Shown piece after piece: positions 56,346 to 64,000 of a DNA stretch of 64,000 bases. The notes beneath the pieces were generated by a model. It was not told the DNA's origin. It did not search any database and saw only the letters and a program-made list of their open reading frames with translations. The translations under genes were made by a program, and so were the position numbers. How positions within the stretch are numbered: position 1 is the stretch's first letter; each line of letters begins with the position of its first letter. This DNA is from a virus, in the IMG/VR virus record IMGVR_UViG_3300037454_000906, positions 32,001 through 96,000 of that record; one strand, 5' to 3'.

Positions 56346-59030
56346 TTACCTGAACATGAATTTCTGGTTCTTCACACAGCATGCGCTATTCTCGTCGGCA
56401 TACTGGTACATGCCGTACCAGGGAGACTCCGGTACGAATGTGATGAACGTGCGTCCACTGCGGTAGTTCCACCCGTTCATGCGGCATCCTTCGATTCCTG
56501 CAGTCCGTACCTTGGCCTTTGTGACCGTCTTGGGCAAGCCCACCATCGTGTAGTGGTCGGTGAATGACGTGCCCCTCTTGTCAACTGTTCCGAAGAGGAT
56601 CTTTCGCTTGGCGCACATCTTCTCCATAGCCTTGCCCTCTATGGATATGTGGAGAGACTTGATCAACCTGCCGTCGGCCCTGGCAATCGCTCTTAGCTCG
56701 ATGAATTCCCTGGTGGCGGAGCATTTCATCTTCACCGCACCGTTCCTTACGTAAACCTTGTCACATACCCAGAGGTCACTGCAGCGGTCGGCAGCGTTCT
56801 TTATGGTCTTTGCGGTATGGCCCTTGGGGCACGGGAACGTCACGTCAGCGGAATACCCATCTGGGGAAAACGTGATGTCCGGGATGAAGTCCGCGCCTTC
56901 AAACCATCCCTTGGTGATAACTCTAAAGAGACTCTTCACCTTGCGGTCCTTCTCTCCGTTGAAATTGAGGTCATTTTCCATCTTGATGACCTTCAGGCGC
57001 TTCTTGCCGAATTCCGTATCAAGGAAACAGATAGAACGGATGCGTGCCATGTTGCTGTCGATGCGGTTGTCTATGGCATGGCGCTCGTTCAGGAGTGCCG
57101 CGGCTTCCGCCGTTTCCGAGAACTTGCCGGTATGTTTGAGGGACCATTCGGACTGTTTGGCGTAGTATCTCTCGTAGCCGACAATCTGTTCCTTGATCAG
57201 CCTGCGCTGGATGAAGGTGTAATCCACGATTTCGCGCTTCCTGGTGCCGCTATGGTACTTGCTGCGGAGATAAGCGAAGAAGCCGACGAGAGGATCCACG
57301 GGGGTCTTCCACCCGTTCTCCCTGATACCAACGAGTCCATAACGGATGCCAAGTGTCAGCATGAATGCATAGCGGTGAACACTGTCCTTCTTCGGTCGTT
57401 CGTGGACGGCGCGGTACATGACTTCGAGTTCGCCAATGACCGCGTCGATTTCCCTGCGGCACAAGGTGGTGCGGGCAAGTTCCTTCTCGATTATCCCGTT
57501 ATCATGGAACTTCTCGTAATATTCGGCCAGCTCGCCTACCCAGTCGACAACGTCGCCCATGAGGTTTACTGGAATCGACGTGTTGTAAAAGAAAACCGCG
57601 GTATTGAGGTCGATGCCAACCACCGATTCCTTGTCCATCTTGGTCTCGTCGCTAATCTTGATTTCGGTGGATTCCACGCTTCCCGCAACCGATCCCGTGA
57701 ATTCGGCATGTCTAGGGCACTTGCGGAACCCGGTGGGGGAAATAATGTCTTCGGGCATGAAGGCGGACTTGGGCAGGGACACCGTGACCGTGGGCGTTTC
57801 CTTGAGTGCCTTCTCGATGCCGGCGAAATAGGGGAACTTGCCGACCCTGGACTGGGAACGGGTCTTCATGAGGAGCGTAGCGGAAGCACATTCGTCGCCG
57901 GTCACCGGAAGCTGCGGGATAACCAGTTCGGAATTGTAGTATCCGTCCTTGTGCACGTCGAGGTTCACGATGCAGTGGTCCATGGGGACTGCTGTGTTGT
58001 CGGAGAGCTTGACACACCCCATGTTTTCGATGAACACCCGCATCGCCGCACGGTAGGCCTTGTTGAACTTTTCGATGTCCGTTGGCTTTTCAATCTTTAC
58101 CTTCTTGCCACATACCTTGGCGTAGGGGAACGCATCCTCCCCATTCTTGTTCTTCTTGTCCCATATGGCCAGGGACGGCATTCGCTTGTTTAGGTACGAA
58201 TGGGTGTCGGGCCCGACCTGCTCCAGTTGGGCGGCGAGCATCTGAACATTTTCCGGCATGTGTTTCCAGTTGTCGAATTTCCGCTCAGGATCGTCGCCGT
58301 TCCACCCGAGGGACAGCTTGATGGAATTGCGGAACAGCTTGTCGTCGTAACCTTCCCCCACGTTACGGAGCATCTTCGCGCCGACAAAGGCGCGTAGCTT
58401 CCCGTTGACCATCGTGTTCACGATTGCGCCGGATACGAATGCGGAAGCGCAGAACTGCATTTCGTCGGGGTCGATGCCGGCGAGGGCCGCATAGGACTTC
58501 CTCAGCACGGATTCGACATCGCTGGTAGTGACGCCGAAAAGTTTCCGGTAATAACCGCTGGGGCTGAACAGGGAATACGAGAGGTATGCCCCCTGGCGCA
58601 GGTGGGTGACCGGGATCTCGATATCCCTGCCACGGATCTTGGCCACATGGCATTCCTTTCCCCTGGTCTTTCCGATAATGCGCCCATCGGACATTACGAC
58701 ATCGAAGTTGTTCTTGTATTCGTTGAGTGCCTGGTTACGGAGGTCATACAGGTCCCAGATGTAGAACTTTTCGTACCGCCCGTCCTTGAGCCTGATGTCG
58801 ATCGTATCAAAAAAGTGCTTGCCGATTGTTTCCACCGCAAACTTTGCAGCGGATACAGCCGCCTTCGATAGGTTGCTTATCCTCGTGGCATCGGTTTCAT
58901 TCATTGCGGCAATTTCGCACTTGTAGCCCCGAGTCTTCTTGTTTGCTTCGGGCGCGAAGGTGGAATAGGTGATTCCCCTATTCACACGGACCGTCGGTTC
59001 TATTTTCGGTTTACTGCGTTTCATTTTCAC
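56346..59030 (-). CDS. cas12: Type V CRISPR effector, Cas12 family, divergent Cas-lambda-like (894 aa)
   Basis: RuvC-I VVGIDLN, RuvC-II IKMENDL, GTSFTDH, RuvC-III YADENSA; no Zn finger; adjacent to the array. Segments GYYRKLFG, MGCVK, YYAKQSE...FSET, IKSLH recall Cas-lambda (from memory; needs alignment). Confidence 0.85.
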   Translation of the reverse strand: MKMKRSKPKIEPTVRVNRGITYSTFAPEANKKTRGYKCEIAAMNETDATRISNLSKAAVSAAKFAVETIGKHFFDTIDIRLKDGRYEKFYIWDLYDLRNQALNEYKNNFDVVMSDGRIIGKTRGKECHVAKIRGRDIEIPVTHLRQGAYLSYSLFSPSGYYRKLFGVTTSDVESVLRKSYAALAGIDPDEMQFCASAFVSGAIVNTMVNGKLRAFVGAKMLRNVGEGYDDKLFRNSIKLSLGWNGDDPERKFDNWKHMPENVQMLAAQLEQVGPDTHSYLNKRMPSLAIWDKKNKNGEDAFPYAKVCGKKVKIEKPTDIEKFNKAYRAAMRVFIENMGCVKLSDNTAVPMDHCIVNLDVHKDGYYNSELVIPQLPVTGDECASATLLMKTRSQSRVGKFPYFAGIEKALKETPTVTVSLPKSAFMPEDIISPTGFRKCPRHAEFTGSVAGSVESTEIKISDETKMDKESVVGIDLNTAVFFYNTSIPVNLMGDVVDWVGELAEYYEKFHDNGIIEKELARTTLCRREIDAVIGELEVMYRAVHERPKKDSVHRYAFMLTLGIRYGLVGIRENGWKTPVDPLVGFFAYLRSKYHSGTRKREIVDYTFIQRRLIKEQIVGYERYYAKQSEWSLKHTGKFSETAEAAALLNERHAIDNRIDSNMARIRSICFLDTEFGKKRLKVIKMENDLNFNGEKDRKVKSLFRVITKGWFEGADFIPDITFSPDGYSADVTFPCPKGHTAKTIKNAADRCSDLWVCDKVYVRNGAVKMKCSATREFIELRAIARADGRLIKSLHISIEGKAMEKMCAKRKILFGTVDKRGTSFTDHYTMVGLPKTVTKAKVRTAGIEGCRMNGWNYRSGRTFITFVPESPWYGMYQYADENSACCVKNQKFMFR

Positions 59031-59036
59031 TCTCGT

Positions 59037-59342
59037 TTATTGAAATTTCCTTCCGAACATTGAGATACCATGGGCTTCCCAGTCGCACAGTTGCAATGGG
59101 ATCGGGTTGTCTTTTACAGCGTCATCCCCATACTGCTTACGAAGAGCTTCGCGAGCATCATCCGGAAGGGTGGAAATATCCCGAAAATAGAAATAGACGG
59201 TCACCGTGTTAGAGTCCTCCCAGTATTTCTTCGGGAAGGGCCTCTTGAACACAGCGAACCATATACGTTTAGATGACTCAGCCATCTTATTGCCCGATGA
59301 CGAGCTCCTTATATTTTTCGAGTTGATATTTGACGGAATCAT
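59037..59342 (-). CDS. Hypothetical protein directly upstream of the cas gene
   Basis: 101-aa ORF (likely start MAESSK); ends 6 bp before the cas start. Confidence 0.6.
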   Translation of the reverse strand: MIPSNINSKNIRSSSSGNKMAESSKRIWFAVFKRPFPKKYWEDSNTVTVYFYFRDISTLPDDAREALRKQYGDDAVKDNPIPLQLCDWEAHGISMFGRKFQ

Positions 59343-59595
59343 ATACTTCTTTGATTGTCATGTTCTCGCCATACACCTTCCTGATGGCAGAAATTTGATC
59401 CATGCGTTCTACGCAGTGCACGTAGACGCCCAGATCATTCATCTTTTCATACCGGTTAGCTGGCGAGTCCTTTACCGATGACATCTGGTTTAGGAGTTTA
59501 CGCAGGCCCTTTTTCGATGACATCTGTTTTAGGCGTTTACACAGTGTTCCGGCAGTCATCGTAAGATTTGTTGTTGCCTGTTTTTCTTTAGCCAT
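59287..59595 (-). CDS. Basic hypothetical protein
   Basis: 102 aa, GAGG RBS. Confidence 0.7.
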   Translation of the reverse strand: MAKEKQATTNLTMTAGTLCKRLKQMSSKKGLRKLLNQMSSVKDSPANRYEKMNDLGVYVHCVERMDQISAIRKVYGENMTIKEVYDSVKYQLEKYKELVIGQ

Positions 59596-59602
59596 ATTTT
59601 CC

Positions 59603-59881
59603 TCATTTTAAGTAGCGCCATGCGACAACGTTTTCCGTCGGGAAACTGTTGCCCGATTCATCATCGATGTACCACACAGGTCCATAATCTGTAACCGTAT
59701 CCCCATCGGAATCAGTGTAGGTATACGGCTCTTCCCCAACCCATACCTCACCCGGTTTGATATTGCCGTCAGACATACGGCATTCAATTCTGTGAGCGTC
59801 CCAGTCACCCGTGAACACGTCGGTAACATCATACACTAGGTTACCGGGGTTCACCGTGCGCCACCCGCTCCATTCTTCCAT
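59603..59881 (-). CDS. Hypothetical protein
   Basis: 92 aa, ATGA-coupled to the upstream gene. Confidence 0.75.
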   Translation of the reverse strand: MEEWSGWRTVNPGNLVYDVTDVFTGDWDAHRIECRMSDGNIKPGEVWVGEEPYTYTDSDGDTVTDYGPVWYIDDESGNSFPTENVVAWRYLK

Positions 59882-60432
59882 CAGAACGTAACTCCCCGGT
59901 GCTGGTGAAGGTATTCCATGGTATCATCCGGGACAACGGGGCCGCTCTTAGGTTCGTGCGCCAGTTTGCCGTCGGGCGTCACGTCAATAAACTCGTCTCG
60001 GACGAGTACCTTCACGCCGCTCAGCTGCTTTCCAGCAACCTGCTTCAACCCGGCGCGGTATGCTTCCCCGTTCCTGGCAATACCGGCCAGTTCATCATTA
60101 ATATAGAAGCTGACCGGATCCATCACGCTGTTTTCGATATTGAGAGGGAACACCCTGGCTTTACGATACATGTTGTCTATGATGGTGGCCACGGGTTCAG
60201 TCTCCAAGAATATCATTCCGTTGGCGGCGAGTCGCTCCAAGGATTCCAGAATTCCATGATCCGCAAACATGCAATCACGGATTTTGTGCACCTGCTCATC
60301 AGGGGTCAGGCCACTACAGTTGTTCAAGCACTCCCTGATGGCTCCGGTGGCATACTTCACCCGGTCGACTGCCCACTGGTATTCAATCAGTGTGTGAGAA
60401 ATCATTTCGAGGTCATTGTCATCGAGTTTCAT
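59881..60432 (-). CDS. Hypothetical protein; N-terminus resembles 62093..62284
   Basis: AVDRVK...DE/KEK..KIRD..F...G..E motif shared with 62093..62284; GGAGG RBS. Confidence 0.75.
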   Translation of the reverse strand: MKLDDNDLEMISHTLIEYQWAVDRVKYATGAIRECLNNCSGLTPDEQVHKIRDCMFADHGILESLERLAANGMIFLETEPVATIIDNMYRKARVFPLNIENSVMDPVSFYINDELAGIARNGEAYRAGLKQVAGKQLSGVKVLVRDEFIDVTPDGKLAHEPKSGPVVPDDTMEYLHQHRGVTF

Positions 60433-60501
60433 AATTACGCTATTTCCTCCATGAATTGTAAATAATATAACAATTGCCAGCCCGTTGGCAACAAGGGGCT
60501 G

Positions 60502-60963
60502 TTAATCGTTCCGGTGTTCCTTCGATTTGTATTTCTTGATTTTCAGTTCCATCTCGTTATGATAATCGTCCATCACGTGTCGGTAGAATGCCGAATCATG
60601 CAACCACTTGCCGTATTGCTTAAGGCATTCCGCATCGGTACTGTTCGCGGCGAGGCATGCCGGGCGCTCATTCATTATTCGCGCGTAGCTCCTGTCTATC
60701 ATGGTGGCATGCGATGGGGTGTAGGCAAAACATAGGAGACCTGCGCCAAAACTGAGTATGAAAAGGAACGCAAATAATTCCTCCCGAAATATGATGGTAA
60801 TCACCAGAAATACCGTGGAGAGTATCCCGAAGATGATCATGCTCCATACGAACGTATCGCAGTACATGTTTCCGAATGCATCAACTAGGAACTTGTAGAC
60901 GAACATGGAAAATTTCCTCCAATCTTTTTCACCAAATATAGCAACACTATACCAGGTTGCCAA
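60502..60963 (-). CDS. Membrane protein with two TM helices
   Basis: Two hydrophobic segments (WSMIIFGILSTVFLVITIIF; LFAFLFILSFGAGLLCFAY). Confidence 0.75.
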   Translation of the reverse strand: MATWYSVAIFGEKDWRKFSMFVYKFLVDAFGNMYCDTFVWSMIIFGILSTVFLVITIIFREELFAFLFILSFGAGLLCFAYTPSHATMIDRSYARIMNERPACLAANSTDAECLKQYGKWLHDSAFYRHVMDDYHNEMELKIKKYKSKEHRND

Positions 60964-61354
60964 CTCTGGTCATTGGTGTGCCAGCGTGCGCCACCTCATA
61001 TTCAGTGCAATCACCCAGCCACGAGGCAACTATGTGACGGTGGCAGAAATCACCGGGCCGTTCGAAGCACAGCAGTACGATCTTGGTACAATCTGTGCCG
61101 GTGAGGTACGTCAGGTCCCGCTTGACCTTCTCACGATCCAGGCGCCCGAGAATTTCCTCCGTGAAGCGGCGAACGTAATGTCCAGTGTCATCCTTGAAGT
61201 TACCGTACCGGTATCCGTTGAGTATGGATGCCGAGGGGGCCAGTAATGGGTACCGCAGGCCGTCAAACCATACTGGGGGATGCAGTGATATGGCAACGGG
61301 GACCAGCCCGCAATCGGCATAGTGCTTTGCTTTCGCGTAGTATCCCGTGTACAT
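60947..61354 (-). CDS. DUF488-family protein
   Basis: MYTGYYAK...PVAIS...LAPS...IVLLCFERPGDFCHRHIVASWL. Confidence 0.8.
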   Translation of the reverse strand: MYTGYYAKAKHYADCGLVPVAISLHPPVWFDGLRYPLLAPSASILNGYRYGNFKDDTGHYVRRFTEEILGRLDREKVKRDLTYLTGTDCTKIVLLCFERPGDFCHRHIVASWLGDCTEYEVAHAGTPMTRVGNLV

Positions 61355-61446
61355 TGTCCTACGAATCCAGGAACCAGGAAAAGAAAAATATGTTGGCTAT
61401 GGTTTCCAGGATGTCCAGGACAACTTGCAATTTGCCCTTCTTGTTC

Positions 61447-62016
61447 TTATTGCTGGACATGGGCATTCTCCGGGTTCCAGATGCTGTTCTTGGCCTTATC
61501 GGATGCATTTCGCATCCGTTCAATCAGTTCGCACCTGACCTGCGTGAGGATTTTCCCCAGCTGGTTGCTTCCTTTCCACTTGCCGGCATCATTGATATCG
61601 GGATCGCTGGCGTCCATTCCAATCCCCCAGAACGTGTCGTGGGGCGAAGCCTCGACGAACTCCTTTCCGTCGAATACGGGGTCGGTTAACATGGCCAGTA
61701 GGTCCATATCCTGGCTGTACTTGTCGAACACCACCTTGTACATGGCTTGGCGTCGGACGCGGTCCCAGAAATCCGCATCGAAATTGCGCACCCGGTTCCC
61801 CAGGATGAGGGCTGCCTGGGGCGAATCGGAGTCGAGTATTAGGCCTTCAATTTCCTCGTCCCCGAAATGGGCCGCCTTCTCGAACTGGAACGCCTGTTCG
61901 GAAGAGGTGAACACGAGCGTCCTGGAACCAATCTCGTGGATGAAGCGGGTTTTCTTGAAGTTCGATGGCCATTCCTTCCAGAAGAATACGAACTCGTCGG
62001 TCATTTTCAGTGGCAT
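61447..62016 (-). CDS. NADAR (YbiA-like) ADP-ribosyl hydrolase
   Basis: FFW...SNF...SSEQAFQFEKA..FGD...LG..VRNFD...W...KYSQ...FVEASPHDTFWGIG...KG.NQLGKIL. Confidence 0.9.
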   Translation of the reverse strand: MPLKMTDEFVFFWKEWPSNFKKTRFIHEIGSRTLVFTSSEQAFQFEKAAHFGDEEIEGLILDSDSPQAALILGNRVRNFDADFWDRVRRQAMYKVVFDKYSQDMDLLAMLTDPVFDGKEFVEASPHDTFWGIGMDASDPDINDAGKWKGSNQLGKILTQVRCELIERMRNASDKAKNSIWNPENAHVQQ

Positions 62017-62081
62017 AACTGTCTCCTGCGGCATGCAGTCGCGGGCGCCATCCCGGCGCCCCGGCATTCCCTTTCGCTAAA

Positions 62082-62110
62082 AATGTAGCATTTTATGGAC
62101 AATCTGGCAA
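62082..62110 (-). promoter_or_regulatory. Sigma70-type promoter with extended -10
   Basis: TTGCCA-N17-TACATT (TGC-TACATT). Confidence 0.7.
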
Positions 62111-62284
62111 TAGTTCAGATTCCAAATATGTCATCCCGTCCGTAACTGCCCGGCCAATGCCTTCCACGAGGCCATATTCACTAAATAGCTCATCCCGTAT
62201 CTTGTCCAGTTTTTCTTTATCGGTACCGGGCGCACTGACCGCATCAACGAGTTTTCTCTTGATACGTTTAACACGGTCGACCAA
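62093..62284 (-). CDS. Small hypothetical protein
   Basis: 63 aa, AGGA RBS; similar to the N-terminus of 59881..60432. Confidence 0.6.
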   Translation of the reverse strand: MVDRVKRIKRKLVDAVSAPGTDKEKLDKIRDELFSEYGLVEGIGRAVTDGMTYLESELLPDCP

Positions 62285-62343
62285 TTCCTAGTATTCGCAC
62301 AGGGCGAATGAAAGCATTTCGGTTTCATTGTCAGTGAGAATCA

Positions 62344-62706
62344 TTACGTCTCTCCTTCCGGATTCGGGAGCGGTTCACCGATTTCGGTGATGATTTCCAC
62401 GCCATCGTATGTGGTGATGTTATAGTCCTTTCCCTTGACTTCCTTGATCTTGATGTCCGAGCCCCAGGTGTTGTATTCATTAGGACTCATGGTGTCGATT
62501 ACATGTACAAGGATGCAGTCATGACGCTTGATGCGGCCATAACGGATATCATCCTCGGAAGGGCATCCCTCCATGGAACCGTACACTTCCTTGTAGATGT
62601 CGAAGTATTTGCAGATTGCCTCGTCGGAGAGGCGGAATCCACCATAGTCGTCGTTGTACACTACTTTTAAAGACATATTTGTATCCTCTTGCCCAAAATG
62701 TAGCAT
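62344..62706 (-). CDS. Hypothetical phage protein (KVVYN..YGGF.LS...RHD motif)
   Basis: Likely start MSLKVVY; motif pattern common in large phages (recall). Confidence 0.75.
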   Translation of the reverse strand: MLHFGQEDTNMSLKVVYNDDYGGFRLSDEAICKYFDIYKEVYGSMEGCPSEDDIRYGRIKRHDCILVHVIDTMSPNEYNTWGSDIKIKEVKGKDYNITTYDGVEIITEIGEPLPNPEGET

Positions 62707-62725
62707 TAGTGACTACTTATGGCAA
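62697..62725 (-). promoter_or_regulatory. Sigma70-type promoter with extended -10
   Basis: TTGCCA-N17-TACATT (TGC-TACATT). Confidence 0.7.
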
Positions 62726-62731
62726 CTGGAA

Positions 62732-63307
62732 TTAACCGGCAGCATGAGTCCGCTTCCATTCTTCCATCTGTTTCTTCTCATACTCATATTCTTCCCTGAT
62801 ATCCTTGAAGAACGTCATGTACTTCACCTCTTCAGGGGTCATGTCGATAAACCGTCTCATATATTGCTCGCCAGTAGGAACCTTATGGCACGGTTCAATA
62901 GTCATATCAGGAAACAGCATACCATCGAAGCAATGCCCCCAACCATTCATTGGCTCATAGTTGCCGCATTTGATCCGCAGTTCCTTACACAGAGACTTTA
63001 AACTGATAATCGCCGAATCACGTTCCGAAGTAGTGTTGAAATTCAGCACAAAATCACACCTGTCCAGGAAGGTATGTGGTATTGCATCTCCTGACCAGAA
63101 ATCGCAAGCCCGCACCATCTGGCGAAGAGAAGTCACGTTTTTTAGCCCCGGGATACGCTCGGCATTATCCATAATGCGATAAATCGCATATAGGAATTTC
63201 TGGAAAGAGAATGCCCTATGCAGTCGTATGGACACATCCGGCCTCTCGGGAACTCTGTGTTTCCCGAATATTTTTTCCAAATCTAACTCGTTTTTACGTT
63301 TTCTCAT
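62732..63307 (-). CDS. Hypothetical protein
   Basis: 191 aa, ATGA-coupled. Confidence 0.75.
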   Translation of the reverse strand: MRKRKNELDLEKIFGKHRVPERPDVSIRLHRAFSFQKFLYAIYRIMDNAERIPGLKNVTSLRQMVRACDFWSGDAIPHTFLDRCDFVLNFNTTSERDSAIISLKSLCKELRIKCGNYEPMNGWGHCFDGMLFPDMTIEPCHKVPTGEQYMRRFIDMTPEEVKYMTFFKDIREEYEYEKKQMEEWKRTHAAG

Positions 63308-63768
63308 ATGAAATTACCTGCCTTTGATGGAAGCATGTCACGGAGCCAGTTGAGCCTATGACAGAACTCGCGGATGGTAAGGACTGTCTCCCCTTCCTTG
63401 CGCTTTCCTACACTGTGGGTGAACGTGGCGTTTCCGGCAGCGCGGAGTGCGTTGCGGAAGCCCTCGTTCTGGAACAGGGCCAGGTATGCTCGGTCGAGAA
63501 GATCCTGGTATTCCTGGGACCGACGGCCAATCTTCTGGCCGCGCCAGTAGAGTATCTGGTGTTTCTTCCAGTCCTTCTCGCTACCGGCCCGCTTCGCAGC
63601 AATGCCGATGAGGGAGCAGATATGTACCTGCATGTCCGGGTTCGCGAATTTGAGCGACTGCAGGAAACCTTCCATCGAGGCACAGCGTACGCCGTCGATG
63701 TAGAATTCATGGGCGGCAAAGTTGCTCAATGCGTTGGAAGGATAAGAGCCGTTAGATCCTACGTCCAT
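63304..63768 (-). CDS. Phage-type NADAR-like protein (T4 gp30.3-like)
   Basis: YPSNALSNFAAHEF.IDGVRCASMEGFLQSLKF...LYWRG....R.SQEYQDLLDRAY. Confidence 0.75.
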   Translation of the reverse strand: MDVGSNGSYPSNALSNFAAHEFYIDGVRCASMEGFLQSLKFANPDMQVHICSLIGIAAKRAGSEKDWKKHQILYWRGQKIGRRSQEYQDLLDRAYLALFQNEGFRNALRAAGNATFTHSVGKRKEGETVLTIREFCHRLNWLRDMLPSKAGNFI

Positions 63769-63769
63769 A

Positions 63770-63991
63770 TTAGTACCTCTTGTCTTCGAGCCAGTCGTTT
63801 TCGAGCGATACGAACCCGATTACGCCGGCAATGAGTAAAATCATGTAGACAATCCAAAATATCAGCCGGTGGTGGACACTGACATAGGCATCGCGAGCCT
63901 TGTCGATGGTGACACCCGGCTTGAATTCGGCCTTGTTCATGTGGTGGTTGTCGATAATCGCGAACAGAGTTCCCGATACCTGCAACGGCAT
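63770..63991 (-). CDS. Small membrane protein
   Basis: 73 aa, one C-terminal TM helix. Confidence 0.55.
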   Translation of the reverse strand: MPLQVSGTLFAIIDNHHMNKAEFKPGVTIDKARDAYVSVHHRLIFWIVYMILLIAGVIGFVSLENDWLEDKRY

Positions 63992-64000
63992 CGTATGGTA

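Noticed and set aside
54-64000. Long + strand ORFs (e.g. 9280..10179, 16859..18157, 29356..30354, 56817..58193)
   Set aside because: They are antisense shadows of GC3-rich minus-strand genes and lack an RBS or motif. Only tnpB is a credible + strand gene.
1-64000. Host assignment
   Set aside because: No marker in the window fixes the host; spacer or IS-end matches are needed.

Overview
The window looks like the accessory/early region of a large phage. A large plasmid or ICE cannot be excluded: no structural or core replication genes are visible, and the host cannot be determined. Almost all real genes are short ORFans on the minus strand, and most listed + strand ORFs are antisense shadows. 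The window has two regulatory zones. (1) From ~0.6 to 50.1 kb, about 65 copies (counted by eye) of a fixed-length ~50-bp GC-rich, partly palindromic motif each sit just upstream of a Shine-Dalgarno and a gene, often after an intrinsic terminator. (2) From ~52.5 to 64 kb the motif is absent and genes carry sigma70-type TTG(T/C)CA-N17-TGC-TACATT promoters. The right zone holds a compact type V CRISPR locus: an 894-aa RuvC effector resembling Cas-lambda plus an 8-repeat/7-spacer array, with no cas1/cas2 in the window. It also holds two NADAR genes and a DUF488 gene. At the zone boundary is a tnpB-only IS607-type element. Three ~287-bp protein-less mini-elements share its GG-bounded ends and omegaRNA-like 3' region, and one of them lies between the cas gene and the array, 36 bp from the first repeat. 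Other features are two TIR/8-bp-TSD passenger-gene cassettes (IS1595/ISPna2-like), two tRNA-shaped RNAs with enlarged anticodon arms, and genes resembling host proteins or fragments (SpoVG, RadC/JAB, ComM N-terminus, beta-clamp-like). Many CDS starts were moved from the ORF track to the ATG following the AAGGAG RBS. Family assignments come from motif recognition and recall, not database searches.
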